A stretch of 64,000 nucleotides of DNA from Nageia nagi. Taxonomy: Eukaryota > Plantae > Pinophyta. The stretch is taken from assembly GCA_050084985.1 (NCBI GenBank), contig JBITNC010000001.1, forward strand, positions 41,974,001 through 42,038,000. Direction: 5' to 3'. Shown piece after piece: positions 1 to 11,892 of the stretch (its first letter is position 1; every line of letters begins with the position of its first letter). Below the pieces are notes generated by a model. The model did not search any database and had not been told where the DNA came from. It was given only the letters and a program-made list of their open reading frames with translations. The position numbers were made by a program, and so were the translations under genes.

Positions 1-510
1 ATAGTTTAGTTTCCCTATGGATTGGTTGTTGTACCATAAGTTGTGGTGGTTTTTTATTTTTGATGCCATGATGTGAGGTGGATTTTTTAAATCCTACCAT
101 GTGTTAGGAAGTGTGTAGTTGATGTGTCCTCTTTTGCTGTTATATACAATTGCATAAGGGATGTGATTTTTTCCCTCCCTTTTATGTTTTTATGATCTAT
201 GATTTTATTAATATAAGGCTTAATCATTCAAAAAAATATATTTCTTATGGGAGGTGGATTGATGAATTGTAAATAAATCTATATTTTATTTATCAAATAA
301 AATGAATAATTTTATTTTTTTATTTTGTTAGAGGCTAACCCTTATGGGGAGTGTAATATTAGAATTAGATTTCATGTATATTGGGTTCTCTTTCAACAAA
401 TTCACCTGAATTCACAAGTCACATTGGACCACATTCATAACACTTAACAACCATTAATTGAATTTACCATCTTCGCATCATATGGAGGAAAAATTGAAGT
501 GAAACCTCAT

Positions 511-593
511 TTTTCATAAAATGAATAATTTTTATAATAAATATCAAATTTTAATTTTAATCTTTATTATAAAAATTACCCACTTTATGAAAA
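511..593. repeat. AT-rich short palindrome (MITE-like hairpin); homologous copy at 22833-22920
   Basis: TTTTCATAAA..TAATTTTTATAATAAA pairs with TTTATTATAAAAATTA..TTTATGAAAA. Confidence 0.6.
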
Positions 594-998
594 GTTAATT
601 TCTATAAATAAAATTCTTACTTTCACCTATTTGTATTAATGATGTTATAATCCTTCAAATAAAGTACACTTTTTTAAAAAATTACATATTTTAAATATTG
701 AAAATTATTATCTCGATTATTTAAAATAAGATTAATACTCTCATTTATTTTTAAGAATATATGAATTTGTTAATAAAAACTAATTATTAGTTTACTAGAA
801 ATCCAAGGCATCTTATTGTTAATACTTGTGTTCAATCTATCATTATCCTCTTATATTTGTGTGGAGAATTGTATGAAAAATATTATATTTATAACATCTA
901 TGATATTTAAATAATATATACTTATATTAACTTATAAATATATACATAAATCTACATCATATATTCTTTTAAGAATTTAATTTTATTTAAAATTATTA

Positions 999-1125
999 TA
1001 TATATATATATCCTAAGCTGCTTTATGCACACACACTCTCAAGTTGGAACCTGAGACCTGACCAACTAGTCGGTGTATAAGTGGTAGGCCCGAGGCCCCA
1101 TCACTATGCCACCCCCACTGGGGCT
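999..1125 (-). mobile_element. Short tRNA-derived SINE-like element with (TA)n tail
   Basis: Absent from the paralogous site (~23430). The minus strand has A-box-like TGGCATAGTGA and B-box-like GGTTCCAACT. Flanked by TATTAT repeats; a related copy lies at 26056-26136. Confidence 0.65.
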
Positions 1126-1407
1126 ATTATCGACATATTTATAAATCAAACTAATATCATCTTCAAGTTTTGCTTTTAATTTGAAAGAAAAATAGTAATA
1201 TCCACATCATAGTGAAATTTACTACTTGTAAATGAATGTACTACAAACTAAATATATTTATAATTAAAATTTATATATTAAACTGATAACATATATCTTT
1301 AAATTTATATATTTCAAATTATTATACTATTTACATATTTATAAATTAAATTAACATCATCTTGAAGTTTTTCTTTTAATTTGAAAGAAAGAAAGAAATT
1401 ATATTAG

Positions 1408-2691
1408 TGTCCTTAGGTGACCAAAAGCAATCAATGGGACTAGAGTGAACAATATAGGATCAGATGCAAGCAAACCCTTACTAGGCTTCCTTTAAAATAA
1501 ATAAAATAAAAAGCCTAATCAAAGCTAGTACAACTATATAAGAGAAGACTCAAACCCTAAGGAATGGGTGGTACAAAATTCATGATATCCAAGAGGTTAT
1601 CTTGAGAGGCCCTCATGGCTCTATCGAAAAGATTAATACTAGAGAAAAAAGAAGTAATCTATTGCACCCTCAGTGTGGTTTGGGTAACCTGAATGCATCT
1701 CTTGATGTGACAAAGAGGTAGTGGCTACTCATCTTGATGCCTCTAATGAGACCCATCTCGGGAAGAGGCTCTAAAAAATATGTGATTTATCAATCCTCCT
1801 TGGGTTGCTATGTACGTACTAAGAGGTGCTTCTAAAGAAGGAAGATATCTTGAAAGTAAAGGGTCAGGCAATGTTTATTTGCATATCACATGAAGGTGGC
1901 TAGTGAATTGTGAGCATCCCAAAAAGGAAATGGTAACAACCTTTGATCTCATAGTAGAACAAGCATTTGAAAACAAAATGCTACTCATTGAACTTGATCT
2001 CCCATTGAAGGAGGTGATAGACTCTGAAGTCCTTGAACAAGTGATGATCTGTCTCTATATGTAGTTGGTAAGAGCAAACTCTAAATTGACCAAGGGCCAA
2101 CCTTAATCCCAAAGGGAGGTGTAGGCCAATGTAACCTAGAGGAGTAATCAATCCCCTATCAATCTGAAAGAAAATGTTATGCATAATGGTCTAACTTGGG
2201 CACCAAAGGCTAAGGAGGGATACCTATGTGGATTAGATGAAGACCCTATAGATCAGCTCTTGGATCGATGGTGAAGGGCCACCTGGGATCCTCGATGACC
2301 CCTCAGAGGGAGGGAAAGACTATCCAACAAAAAACCAAACCGTTGATGCATCACAGTAACCTCAAAAACTAGTAAGGCCTATAACCCTAGGATACCAACT
2401 CCATCAAGGAGGCTAAAGCTTTGGCCAAAAATCAGGATAACATGTGATTTTTCTTTAAACAACTTAGTAAACTCTAGAGGCATTGTAAAAAGTGTATCAT
2501 GGAGGTTACTACCCTAATTTGGAGAGGTTGGCAACTGACCTCTACAAGTATAACATGGTGTGGGATTGATCTCTTACTTTAGATAAAATGAGAGAGGAAA
2601 GAGATTAGAATCCTCTCAATTGTGATCCAATCTGCTACTCCCATTGAACAAACTTTTATTTTAAAAAAATGAAATAATTATCATTAGGACA
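1408..2691. mobile_element. Probable solo LTR (~1.28 kb)
   Basis: Insertion absent from the paralogous copy. Termini TGTCCT...AGGACA with an imperfect TTAG/TTAA flanking duplication; higher GC than flanks; no recognisable ORF. Confidence 0.5.
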
Positions 2692-4835
2692 TTAAAAAAT
2701 TTATTTCAAATTATTCTACTATTTACATATTTATAAATCAAATTATCATCATGGATTTTTTTCTTTTAATTTTAAAGAAAAATACAAATATCCACATCTT
2801 AGGAAAATTTAGTATATGTAAGTAAATATAAAAGCTTTTATGAATATAGATGCATTTTTCATCAAAAAAAACTTGTAATAAAATCAAAATATATTTATAA
2901 TTAATAAAAACTTATAAACATATAAGTAAATCCAATATATATATATATATATATATCTTTCCAAGAATCTAATTTTATACATATTTATAAATCAAATTAC
3001 CATCATCTTGAAGTTTTTCTTATAATTTGAAAGAAATATACCAATATCGATATTTTAGTAAAATCTAGTGCATTTAAATGAATATAATGGAAACTAAATA
3101 TGTAATTGAACAAACTTTTTTTAATAAAACATATAATGAAAATTAAATATGTAATTGAAAAAACTCCCTTTTTTTATAGAACCATCAAATTTCTCCAAAT
3201 CTCAATACTTGCATCAGGTTTATATGTACCACAGCAATTTTGTAGATTCTATATAAAACTAATTATTTACTTGACCTACCCATTCTCTTCAATTCTTCTC
3301 TATCAATTCATAAAATTTAATTATTTTTCTTTTTAATTTTTATATTTTTTAGATTCATAAATATTATTATTAAAATATCCTTTTAAAAAAGTAAAACATT
3401 CAAGTAATCATTTTTTTAATTTTTTTTGGTGTGGAAGTAATCATATTTTAACTATATATGATTAAAAAAGCTTCATCATTTACAACAAATTAAAAATAAA
3501 AGAAATACAGGAAAACAATTATATTTGATGGATTTTAATCGTATATAATTATTAAATGATTTTAAAAACTCGTAATAAAATCATAACAAGTTGCATGCTT
3601 TGTTGGCAATTAACACATGCATGATTCCACACAAAGATTGTACTAATCATTAGAAAAATATTTCTTGAAATAAACTTTACATAACTTAAACTAGTCCTTT
3701 CCTAATCCGACACATTATTTGTAGTAGGCAATGGGCTTCACACTTTCCACTAGCATTCCAATACATTGTATTTCACAATTTCCACAAGCATTCCAATACA
3801 TTGTATGTGAAATTTTAAATTATCTTGTAATGATAGACCTTTCGATAAATGACAGAACACTATAATACAAAGTAGATGGCGAGAGAATGGCTCCACATGC
3901 AAAGTACAAAGACTGAATAGATCCAAAGGCCTACTTCATGATAGCGATACAAACGAATGACCACATTTTAAATGCATTCAGTGTCCACCCCAATAATTCT
4001 CATGGCCTCCTGCATGAGGGGAAAGCACTCTCCAACCTGTGCTTACTCTCTCCATGGTATTGCTCGCCATTGATTGCGCCCACGAAGGCAATAGTATTTT
4101 TATACACTATATTATATAATGATCAAAGAAGAAATAAGTCCAGACGACAAGGCAACCTGATAATTATTAGACGACCGAGTCTAGACAAGAAAGCACCATG
4201 ACACTTCACATACGCCATGAAACTATCTTGCTTTTTCCAAAGGCTTATGATAAACCTTGCGAGAAAATATTGCAAGCATCATAAATCGATCATCTCCTGG
4301 AGAGCTATGAAAGAAACGTAAACTATGTCATGAAAAAGCAGGCTATGCACTTACTGAATGGGACCCTCTTTCAGTCTTGCTATCTTGTTGGCATTAAGCG
4401 GCATGTGAATGATAAGGCTGACATGTCCCCATGCCTCCCTATCTTGGGCCAAGTTCCATGAACCAATTACACAATCATCTTGGACGTAATGAAGCCATTG
4501 CAACGCCATTTGGAAGCATACGTTAGGAAGAATCAGACATCATTATCAACATGGTCCTCCCCACTAAATAATATTGCCACTTGTAGTGGAATCTGCCACC
4601 ACCCTCCTTGTTATAGATATTGTTTGATGGGTTGAGTTGACATACATGCAAATGCACTATCAGAGATAAGTTCAAGATGTCAGCACAATAAGTTAATTGG
4701 CTGCCTATCAGAGATAAAGGATTACTAGATGCCCATACTTTGGGTATCGTTGATATCCTACATCTTCTAAACTTCGATAAAATAAAATATTTTGGTAGAT
4801 AATTGCTAATTGGCGTACGATGGTATACTCTGGCC

Positions 4836-4842
4836 TATAAAA
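4836..4842 (+). promoter_or_regulatory. TATA box of the BAHD gene
   Basis: CCTATAAAAG ~90 bp upstream of the ATG, followed by a CT-rich 5'UTR-like stretch. Confidence 0.7.
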
Positions 4843-4926
4843 GCCTGTTAGCCTTCACGCAAAATTTATCTCGTCTGCTTTGCTTGCTTTGCAGTTGTCA
4901 TTTCTATTTCTATTTCTAGTTTGAAA

Positions 4927-6417
4927 ATGCCGGCTGAAGTTGAGATTGGTAGAATGGTGAGGTTGGATAGGAAAACCACAGTTTTTCCCGCCCTGCCTTC
5001 GATTCCACAACGGTGTAAGCTTAGCTCTTCCGATTTGCAGATGTTGGGCTGCAATTATATTCAGAAGGCGTTGATTTATTCCATGGAGGAGAACATGAGT
5101 TACGATTTTCGGTCGCTGACGGAGATGCTGAAAAAGAGTTTGTCTGAATGCTTGATGCGTTTTTTTCCGCTCGCCGGAAGGCTTGCAATCTCGGCGGAGG
5201 GAGAAGTTTACATCGATTGTAATGATTGTGGAGTCGAGTTTATCGAAGCTTCGGCACCGGCAGTTGGGGTTGAAGAAATCATGGCGCAGAAAATCGGTCC
5301 TGTCGTTCGGGAGCTTTTTGCTTTAGATGGTGCCATCAATATCAACGGTCAATTTCTGCCGTTGGTAGTAATTCAGGTTCGTGTTTGATTCTTATGGATA
5401 TTCATAAAGTTGGTTTTAGAGTTAGCATTATTTCGGCCAAATAATCGCAAACGAGGTCTACTTATCATATGGCGGTTTTTTCCATGCGTTTTAACATGTA
5501 GACTGTAATGGATATTCGTCATGGTTTTTAAGCTTTGTTTCAATTTCCAGGTAACGAAGCTGAGAGATGGAATTGCATTGGGCTGTACAGTAAACCATGC
5601 AACGGTGGACGGAACTTCCCTGTGGCATTTCATAAACACATGGGCACAAATGTGTCATGAACCCGCCACCGCCATCATTGCTGCCCCGCCACTCCACACG
5701 CGCTGTTTTAGCGCAGGATTGCCAATCAAACTCAACCTCCATCACTTAAAATCACCGCTCAGATTTTCTCCTCCGCCCTTCTGCGAAAAAATCTTCCACT
5801 TCACCGCCGATACGATTGCCCGCCTGAAAGCCCGAGCAAACAGATCCCTCAAAGAAAAACCACCCATCTCCTCCTTCCAAGCTCTGTCTTCTCACATATG
5901 GCTGTGCATAACACGCGCCCGGAAACTTCCTACGGCGGAGTTCACCACCTTCAAACTAGCCGTAAACTGCCGTCCCAGACAAATTCCTCCCTTACCCTAT
6001 TCCTACTTTGGAAACGCCATCCAGTTCCCGAGTTCCACCGTTTCGGCCGGCGAGCTTCTAAGTACTGACGTTTCGTACGTTGCGGGGCTTCTGAACAGCA
6101 TCATAAGGGCGCACCAGGATGCCAGTATTAAAGCTGAACTGGAGAAAATACCAACAATTATGCAGCTGGACAAAGGTGCTCCTGCAAATACTGTGATGAT
6201 GGGAAGCTCTCCGAGATTTCCACTGTATGATAATGATTTCGGGTGGGGAAGGCCTATAGGGGTGAGGAGTGGATGGTCTAACAAGTTTGATGGTAAGATG
6301 TCTGCATATCCAGGCTCTGACGGCTCAGGGAGTGTGGATATAGAGATTTGTTTGCTTCCAGAGACGATGAGTGCGTTGGAGGATGATCCACTTTTTCTTT
6401 GTCCATGCTATGATTGA
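4927..6417 (+). CDS. BAHD-family acyl-CoA-dependent acyltransferase (HXXXD-type), 2 exons 4927-5376 and 5551-6417, 438 aa; resembles the At5g01210/At2g39980/At3g50280-like group
   Basis: ATG at 4927. A GT..AG intron (5377-5550, phase 0) joins VVIQ|VTKL in frame. Catalytic HATVD (HXXXD) and DFGWG motifs are present, as are N-terminal FFPLAGRL and C-terminal GSSPRFPLYDNDFGWGRP..VRSG..NKFDGK. Stop TGA at 6415-6417; no disablements. Confidence 0.95.
5377..5550 (+). other. Spliceosomal intron (174 bp) at the conserved BAHD 'Q-intron' position
   Basis: CAG|GTTCGT donor and pyrimidine-rich TTTCCAG|GTA acceptor. It follows the conserved Gln shortly before HXXXD. Confidence 0.9.
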
Positions 6418-6956
6418 GCAGAAAACTCATGCTCTGCCATCAACCATGGATCACACTTGGAAATCCATTGTTTGCTTATAAAATTCTGGGAGGGAAAGCT
6501 TTTGTACCATATTCAATTTTAGAGAGATGTTGCAGCATTGTCTTTTTAGAAACATTTTGTGTAATTAACATGGCATGCCTGAGACCGAATGCAACCTCCA
6601 TGGTAGAACTTGTAGCATATTGAATATGGTGATTCAGAATTTGACGAAGGGTTGTTTTGGTAGATGAATTTTCTTAACGGAGAAGATAAAATAGGAAAAA
6701 AAAAAAAGTTACAATCTTATTTGTACAAATTAAAATAGATAAATAATAATCTTTTAAGAAATTGTCAAATCATATATCAAATAATCAATTAATAATTTGA
6801 GATCTAGTTTACAAGTAAACAATATTTATATAATAATAGTGATATAAATTTGAATTGGATGCTACTAACTTAAAAAAGATGCGTTGAATCTTTCCTTAAA
6901 TAGTTCTCCTAAAACTTTTGGTTTTATGAAGAATCTGAGGATGAAACTCAATGATA

Positions 6957-7144
6957 TCAAACTCCCTCATGCTTGATAAAGAAATATGATGTGAAAGATA
7001 CATGATTAATATTCATCTAAAACCAATATGAAGTGAAATCAAACTCCCACATGCTTGATAAAGAAATATGAAGTGAAAGGTATATGATTAATATTCATCT
7101 AAAACCGATATGAAGTGAAATATATATGATTAATATCCATTTAA
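6957..7144 (+). repeat. Tandem repeat, 82-bp unit (built from ~41-bp subunits), ~2.3 copies
   Basis: TCAAACTCCC.CATGCTTGATAAAGAAATATGA..TGAAA at 6957 and 7039. Confidence 0.85.
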
Positions 7145-8057
7145 TATCTGGATTTAAAAAATCATCTAAGGACCTTAAACATATGATGATGCAACAAATG
7201 AATGAAACTAATTTTTGTATTGTCATCATTGGTTTAAGAAAATCAGTTTGGACCATCCACTTTCTAGTTTCTAAGTAATTGAACAATTTTAGAAGTTATA
7301 TGAGATGTTATGAGGTCTTAAAATATTTGATATAGTAGCAATACTTTAGGTTTAAGTCAACAGTTGAAGTGTTGATGTCTTTGAAGGTTTATCTTGTATG
7401 ATTATCTTTGGAATTCTTTAGATTATCATTTTGTTGAGAGAATTGATTATATTGAAATAAAATGAAACTGATCTTATATAAAAAGACAGTTGAATTTATC
7501 TTGAATATTACGATATTACATATTAGATTCATATTTATCTTTTCATTATTTCCTATTAAATAATTTTACCTTTTTGAATATCCAAATCAAGTATTTAATT
7601 AAACATGAAAAATATATTGAAGTAACTATATTTTTCCCTTTTTAAGAATGTCATGGATAGACCTAAGACCACATTCTCAAATAATATCAGTAAAACATAT
7701 TACCATTATTGATGAACTTTCCTTGAAATAGATATGTGTGAGCTTGGCATGCCTCATTTTCCTGTTTTCTTCTATAATTTTTACTTGGAGGGACATATAA
7801 AGACCTTGATTAAAACAAGAAGATTAAAGCAATATGATATATAAATGAAAAAGTCTCATACAAGAAAGGATAAGTTCAAAAGTTTTTGTACCTATCTTGG
7901 GTGGTGTGGGGCTTATTACCAATCCTTAATAGTGATCAACCACCCTTTATTAGATATTCATAATAAATTGTTAGATATTAATGATGACCATGGTCAACAT
8001 TGAATCAAATTGTAAGTGATCAATATAATGATAATCTATTTAAAGGATTTATAATGA

Positions 8058-8064
<7 letters not shown>

Positions 8065-8100
<36 letters not shown>
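8065..8100. repeat. (TA)n microsatellite
   Basis: About 18 TA units. Confidence 0.95.
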
Positions 8101-8102
<2 letters not shown>

Positions 8103-10079
8103 ATGATATTCCTCCACCTAAGTTCACAGAAATAATAATACCACAATTAAGTGTATGAAAATGATAATGCCCTAATTAAATGAATGAAAAATGATAGTGC
8201 CCTAACTAAGTGTGTGAGAATAATATATATTTATAAATTTGAAATGATAATCAAACCACGCAATATGATTATCATAATAATTTTGATAAAATTTGAGAGA
8301 TAATTAAGAAATTATAAATATACATGATTATTATCTTTTTACATTTTTCATCCTTAAAAGCTCAATTGCAATGTAGAACTTGAGAAGATACATCTAGATT
8401 GAAATTTTAACTTATTGTTTGTTCATACATGTCCTTCAAGAGTTTTTTGAATGCATGACCAATTTTTTGGTGAAATGGGGTTAACGTTTAAACTTTGCCC
8501 TTTTTTGCATGAAAACTACCTTGAAAAAGAATTTTTTTATTATTATTGTGAATTTATAATGGAAAATAAGTTCCTAATATATTACTATTTTATTGATTCC
8601 ATATTGGGAATGATTTATGGAAATGCTCATGGTGGACATTTTTTATTTTCTTTACTACTTAAGTGATTTTTATGATTAAATTCTTATGTTTCCACCACTT
8701 AAATTTGTTAAACAAAAGGAATATTAACATGGTATACATATTAATGATGTATGTGAATTGCAAAAATTTCAATAAAAATAAGATAGAAACTAGATCATAA
8801 TTTATCTAAGCAAAGATACACAAATTATTGTTAATCTAGAATTTTGTTCAAAATGACTTAAGGTTTGGCATGTGGTGTTGTCTTATTACCTTAATACTAA
8901 AATTACTAATTACTTTTTGAGTTGAAATTTTCTTAATGAGATATGATCTGATATTTACATAAAGAATCTCTTTAGATTCATAATATTTAATAACTTAGGA
9001 ATATTATTCTTGTCAATGGTTGCTAACTTGTATGTACTTGGTCCAAACTTCTTTATTACAATGAATGGACCATGTTAATTTAACTCAAATTTTCTTCCAA
9101 TCTTTCATGAGGATCAAATCACCTATTTTGAATCCTTTTGTATTACTTTTCTTACTATATGCCTTCTTGAGTTTATTATATTTAGGAAATTAAGTGCTCC
9201 ATAGAATTTATTCATATTTATCTAGCTTTGTTTTTGGGTGGACAAAATTAGTTTTTGATTATATAAAAGAGTAATTACAATAGAGAAAATCTTGGTGAGT
9301 ATATTAGAAAAACATGAAAGAACATGGATGAAATCCTATAGATAATCAAAGATACAAAATATACAATATCAAGATGAATCTAGCAAATACCCTCACAACA
9401 TGTGAAAAAGCAACATGGAACGAGGGGAAAAATTCACTTCTCTTATTTTCATAACAAACTAATATAGAAAATGAATCCTCTATTAGTGTAGAGACCATCA
9501 TGAATGATAATATATTTTATCATTTATTAGGATCTAGTTAATATTGAAACATGAAGTATACATCTTCCAAATGTAGGGGAATATATCTATTGAGATGGGT
9601 AGGTGATATTTGGCCTTGAAGTTATATGATAAATGGTATCTAAGTAGAAACAATATGGTAGATTTTTTTAATGGATCTTTTAAAGATAGTTTCTATATTT
9701 TAGTTGATCCATATAGTGGTGGGCTTGAAGGGGAGTGAATGTGATTTAGAATAAAACAAATTGATAAGTTTTCAATATTTGATTGTAAAAATGGATATCC
9801 TATTGAGGCAACAAAATATTAGTTTGAGCCTCCAATTTATGAGTTATTTATCATTCAAAATGATTCCAAATAGTATCAATGTTCTTTTCTTTTCTCCTAA
9901 CTATCTGATGGTTATGCTTCAGCCAAAATAACTACATGAGCATGTCAGCTACTATGTTAAAGAGAATTTGAGAGATTAATCTTTTGAATGGTGTATGATA
10001 GATAAATAATAGACATATGGGGTAACCCAACCTAAGGAAAAATATGAAATATATTTTTCCTTATAGATAAGAGTTGTAA

Positions 10080-11510
10080 AAGTTGTGGATTAGTAGTTAA
10101 GAGCTAGATTCATTAAATGTACCACATAATTCATAGTAGAAGGATCCATTCAATCCTCTTAACAATATCTTCTCACCTATTAGTAATTTATCATGTACAA
10201 CTAAATAAAGTAGAAAACATGCTTTAAGCCATGCCTTACAATCTTATACTCTTTCCTATATAAAGGAAGGAAATTTTGGATTGTATCTAATGTTGAGATC
10301 TTTGTACATAGATTTGACCATGTATTCTTTCTTGTATTTGTGATACCATATAATTCTAAGTCCTTATTAGTAAACTTGAATGGGTATCATTTAATTTTCT
10401 TTTGATGTGCATAAATGAAGTTAAATTATTACAAGTCCATTATCCATTTGGCTAGTCTACCTTGTAACTATAGTTTGGATAATAAATACCTCAATGGGTC
10501 CACTTGAGCTACTATGTGAGTGGTATTTGTAATCATGTAATGCATCAAATTTTATGTGGTATAAAATGTGGAATAACAAAACTTCTCAACTGGAGTGTGT
10601 TTTATTTCTACCTTTTGTAAATTTTTGGACAAATAATACAAAACTCTTTCTTTATCTTCCTTATCAAGTTATACCAAAATAGTTCCTATTGCATGACTTG
10701 TAGTTTAAATATATAGATATAAAGGTTTACTATGATCAGTTGGTTACAAAATAGGAGGACTAAGTAGGTTCCTTTTGATATCTTCATGTGCTTTTGGACA
10801 CTCCTTAGTCTAGACATACTTGTTTCCTTTCTTGAGAAAATAGCATAACAATGTTATTTTATCTACCAATTATGCTATAAATATTTTAATTATTTGCATT
10901 TTCTCCTGCAAACTTATGATTTGCTTGATTTTCTTAGGTGAAGGCATATCTATTATGGATTTAACCTTTTGGGATTAATTTGTATACCTCTTCTAGAGAT
11001 AATGTACCCTATCAATTTGCCATTAGACACTCCAAAACAATACTTCTTATGATTTAACTTCAAATTATATTATCTCAATCTCTCAAAGATAATCCTTAAG
11101 TATGCTAAATGATCCTATTTATTTTTTAGATTTTGCAAGAATGTCATCAACATCTACTTCAATATATTTATGAATAATATCATGAAACATAGTTACCATT
11201 GCGTTTTGATATGTATCTCTAAAATGTTTGAGGTCAAAGGGAATGAATACTTAATAGAATCTACCCTAAGGTGTATTGAAGTTTTTTTTTTTATGTTGAC
11301 CCTTTTTATTCATCCTTATTTGATTGTAACTTGAAAAACTATCCATGAAAGATAACAACTCATGGTCTAGAATTAAGTCCATAATGGTATCAATATGTGG
11401 AAAGGAAAATTATTATTAGGATAAGCCTTGTTTAAATATCTCAAATTTGTACAAAAACTAATTTCCCCATTTGATTTTGTAGTAAGAACAATGTTTACCA
11501 ACCAAGGTGA
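10080..11510 (-). mobile_element. Degenerate Ty3/gypsy (non-chromovirus, Tat/Athila-like) pol fragment: RT and RNase H
   Basis: Minus-strand translation gives SPWLVNIV..., FMDSFSSYNQI, IEVDVDDILAK, LLSPPIL, LYYLSK and QGRLAKW, with many stops. Confidence 0.8.
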
Positions 11511-11515
11511 ATAAT

Positions 11516-11892
11516 TAATATTAAAGTTGAACTAGAGAAAACACCAACAATTATGTAACTAGACAAAGTTACTCTTGTGAATACTATGATGATGGAAATA
11601 TCTATGAGATTTACAATGTATGATAATGATTTTTGGGTGCTAAAGGCCAATAGTGGTGAGGAGTATATGGTATAACAAGTTTGATAGTAAGATGTTGACA
11701 TATCTAGGATATGATTGCTTAGGGAGTGTGGATATAAATATTTGTTACTTCTAGAGATGATGAGTCCATTGGAGGATGATCTACTTTTTATTTATTCATG
11801 CTATAATTTATTGAGAAGGGGAATATTACAAACTCATGCTCTACCATCAAATATGAATCACACTTAAAAAATCCATTATTTTCCTTTCAAAA
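11516..11892 (+). pseudogene. Decayed 3' fragment of the BAHD gene (C-terminal ~95 codons plus 3'UTR)
   Basis: Aligns to ~6123-6483 (e.g. TATGATAATGATTT, TAACAAGTTTGAT, AGGGAGTGTGGATATA, TTGGAGGATGAT, AAACTCATGCTCT). Contains stops and frameshifts, and the DFGWG motif is broken. Confidence 0.9.

Larger units (their letters stand above)
373..4099 (+). repeat. Copy 1 of a direct duplication (partner 22690-24985) forming the distal upstream region of the BAHD gene
   Basis: Colinear similarity from CATGTATATTGGGTTCTC to AAGGCAATAGTATTT. This copy carries extra insertions at ~1000-1125 and 1408-2691. Confidence 0.92.

Noticed and set aside
1-237. Possible LINE 3' end (T-rich tract ending in TTCAAAAAAA)
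   Set aside because: Truncated by the window edge, with no coding or TSD evidence.
3938-4201. Duplicated small ORF (also 24839-25024)
   Set aside because: Similarity reflects the DNA duplication. C-termini differ, the right arm does not preserve the frame and no domain is recognisable.
4228-4342. Small imperfect hairpin in the BAHD promoter (CTTGCTTTTTC/GAAAAAGCAGG; TTATGA..CTTGC/GCAAG..TCATAA)
   Set aside because: Pairing is short and discontinuous, not enough to call a pre-miRNA.
4921-5550. ORF-track starts at 4921 and 5521 as two separate proteins
   Set aside because: They are two exons of one gene. 4921 is TTG, the real start is ATG 4927, and 5521 lies in the intron.
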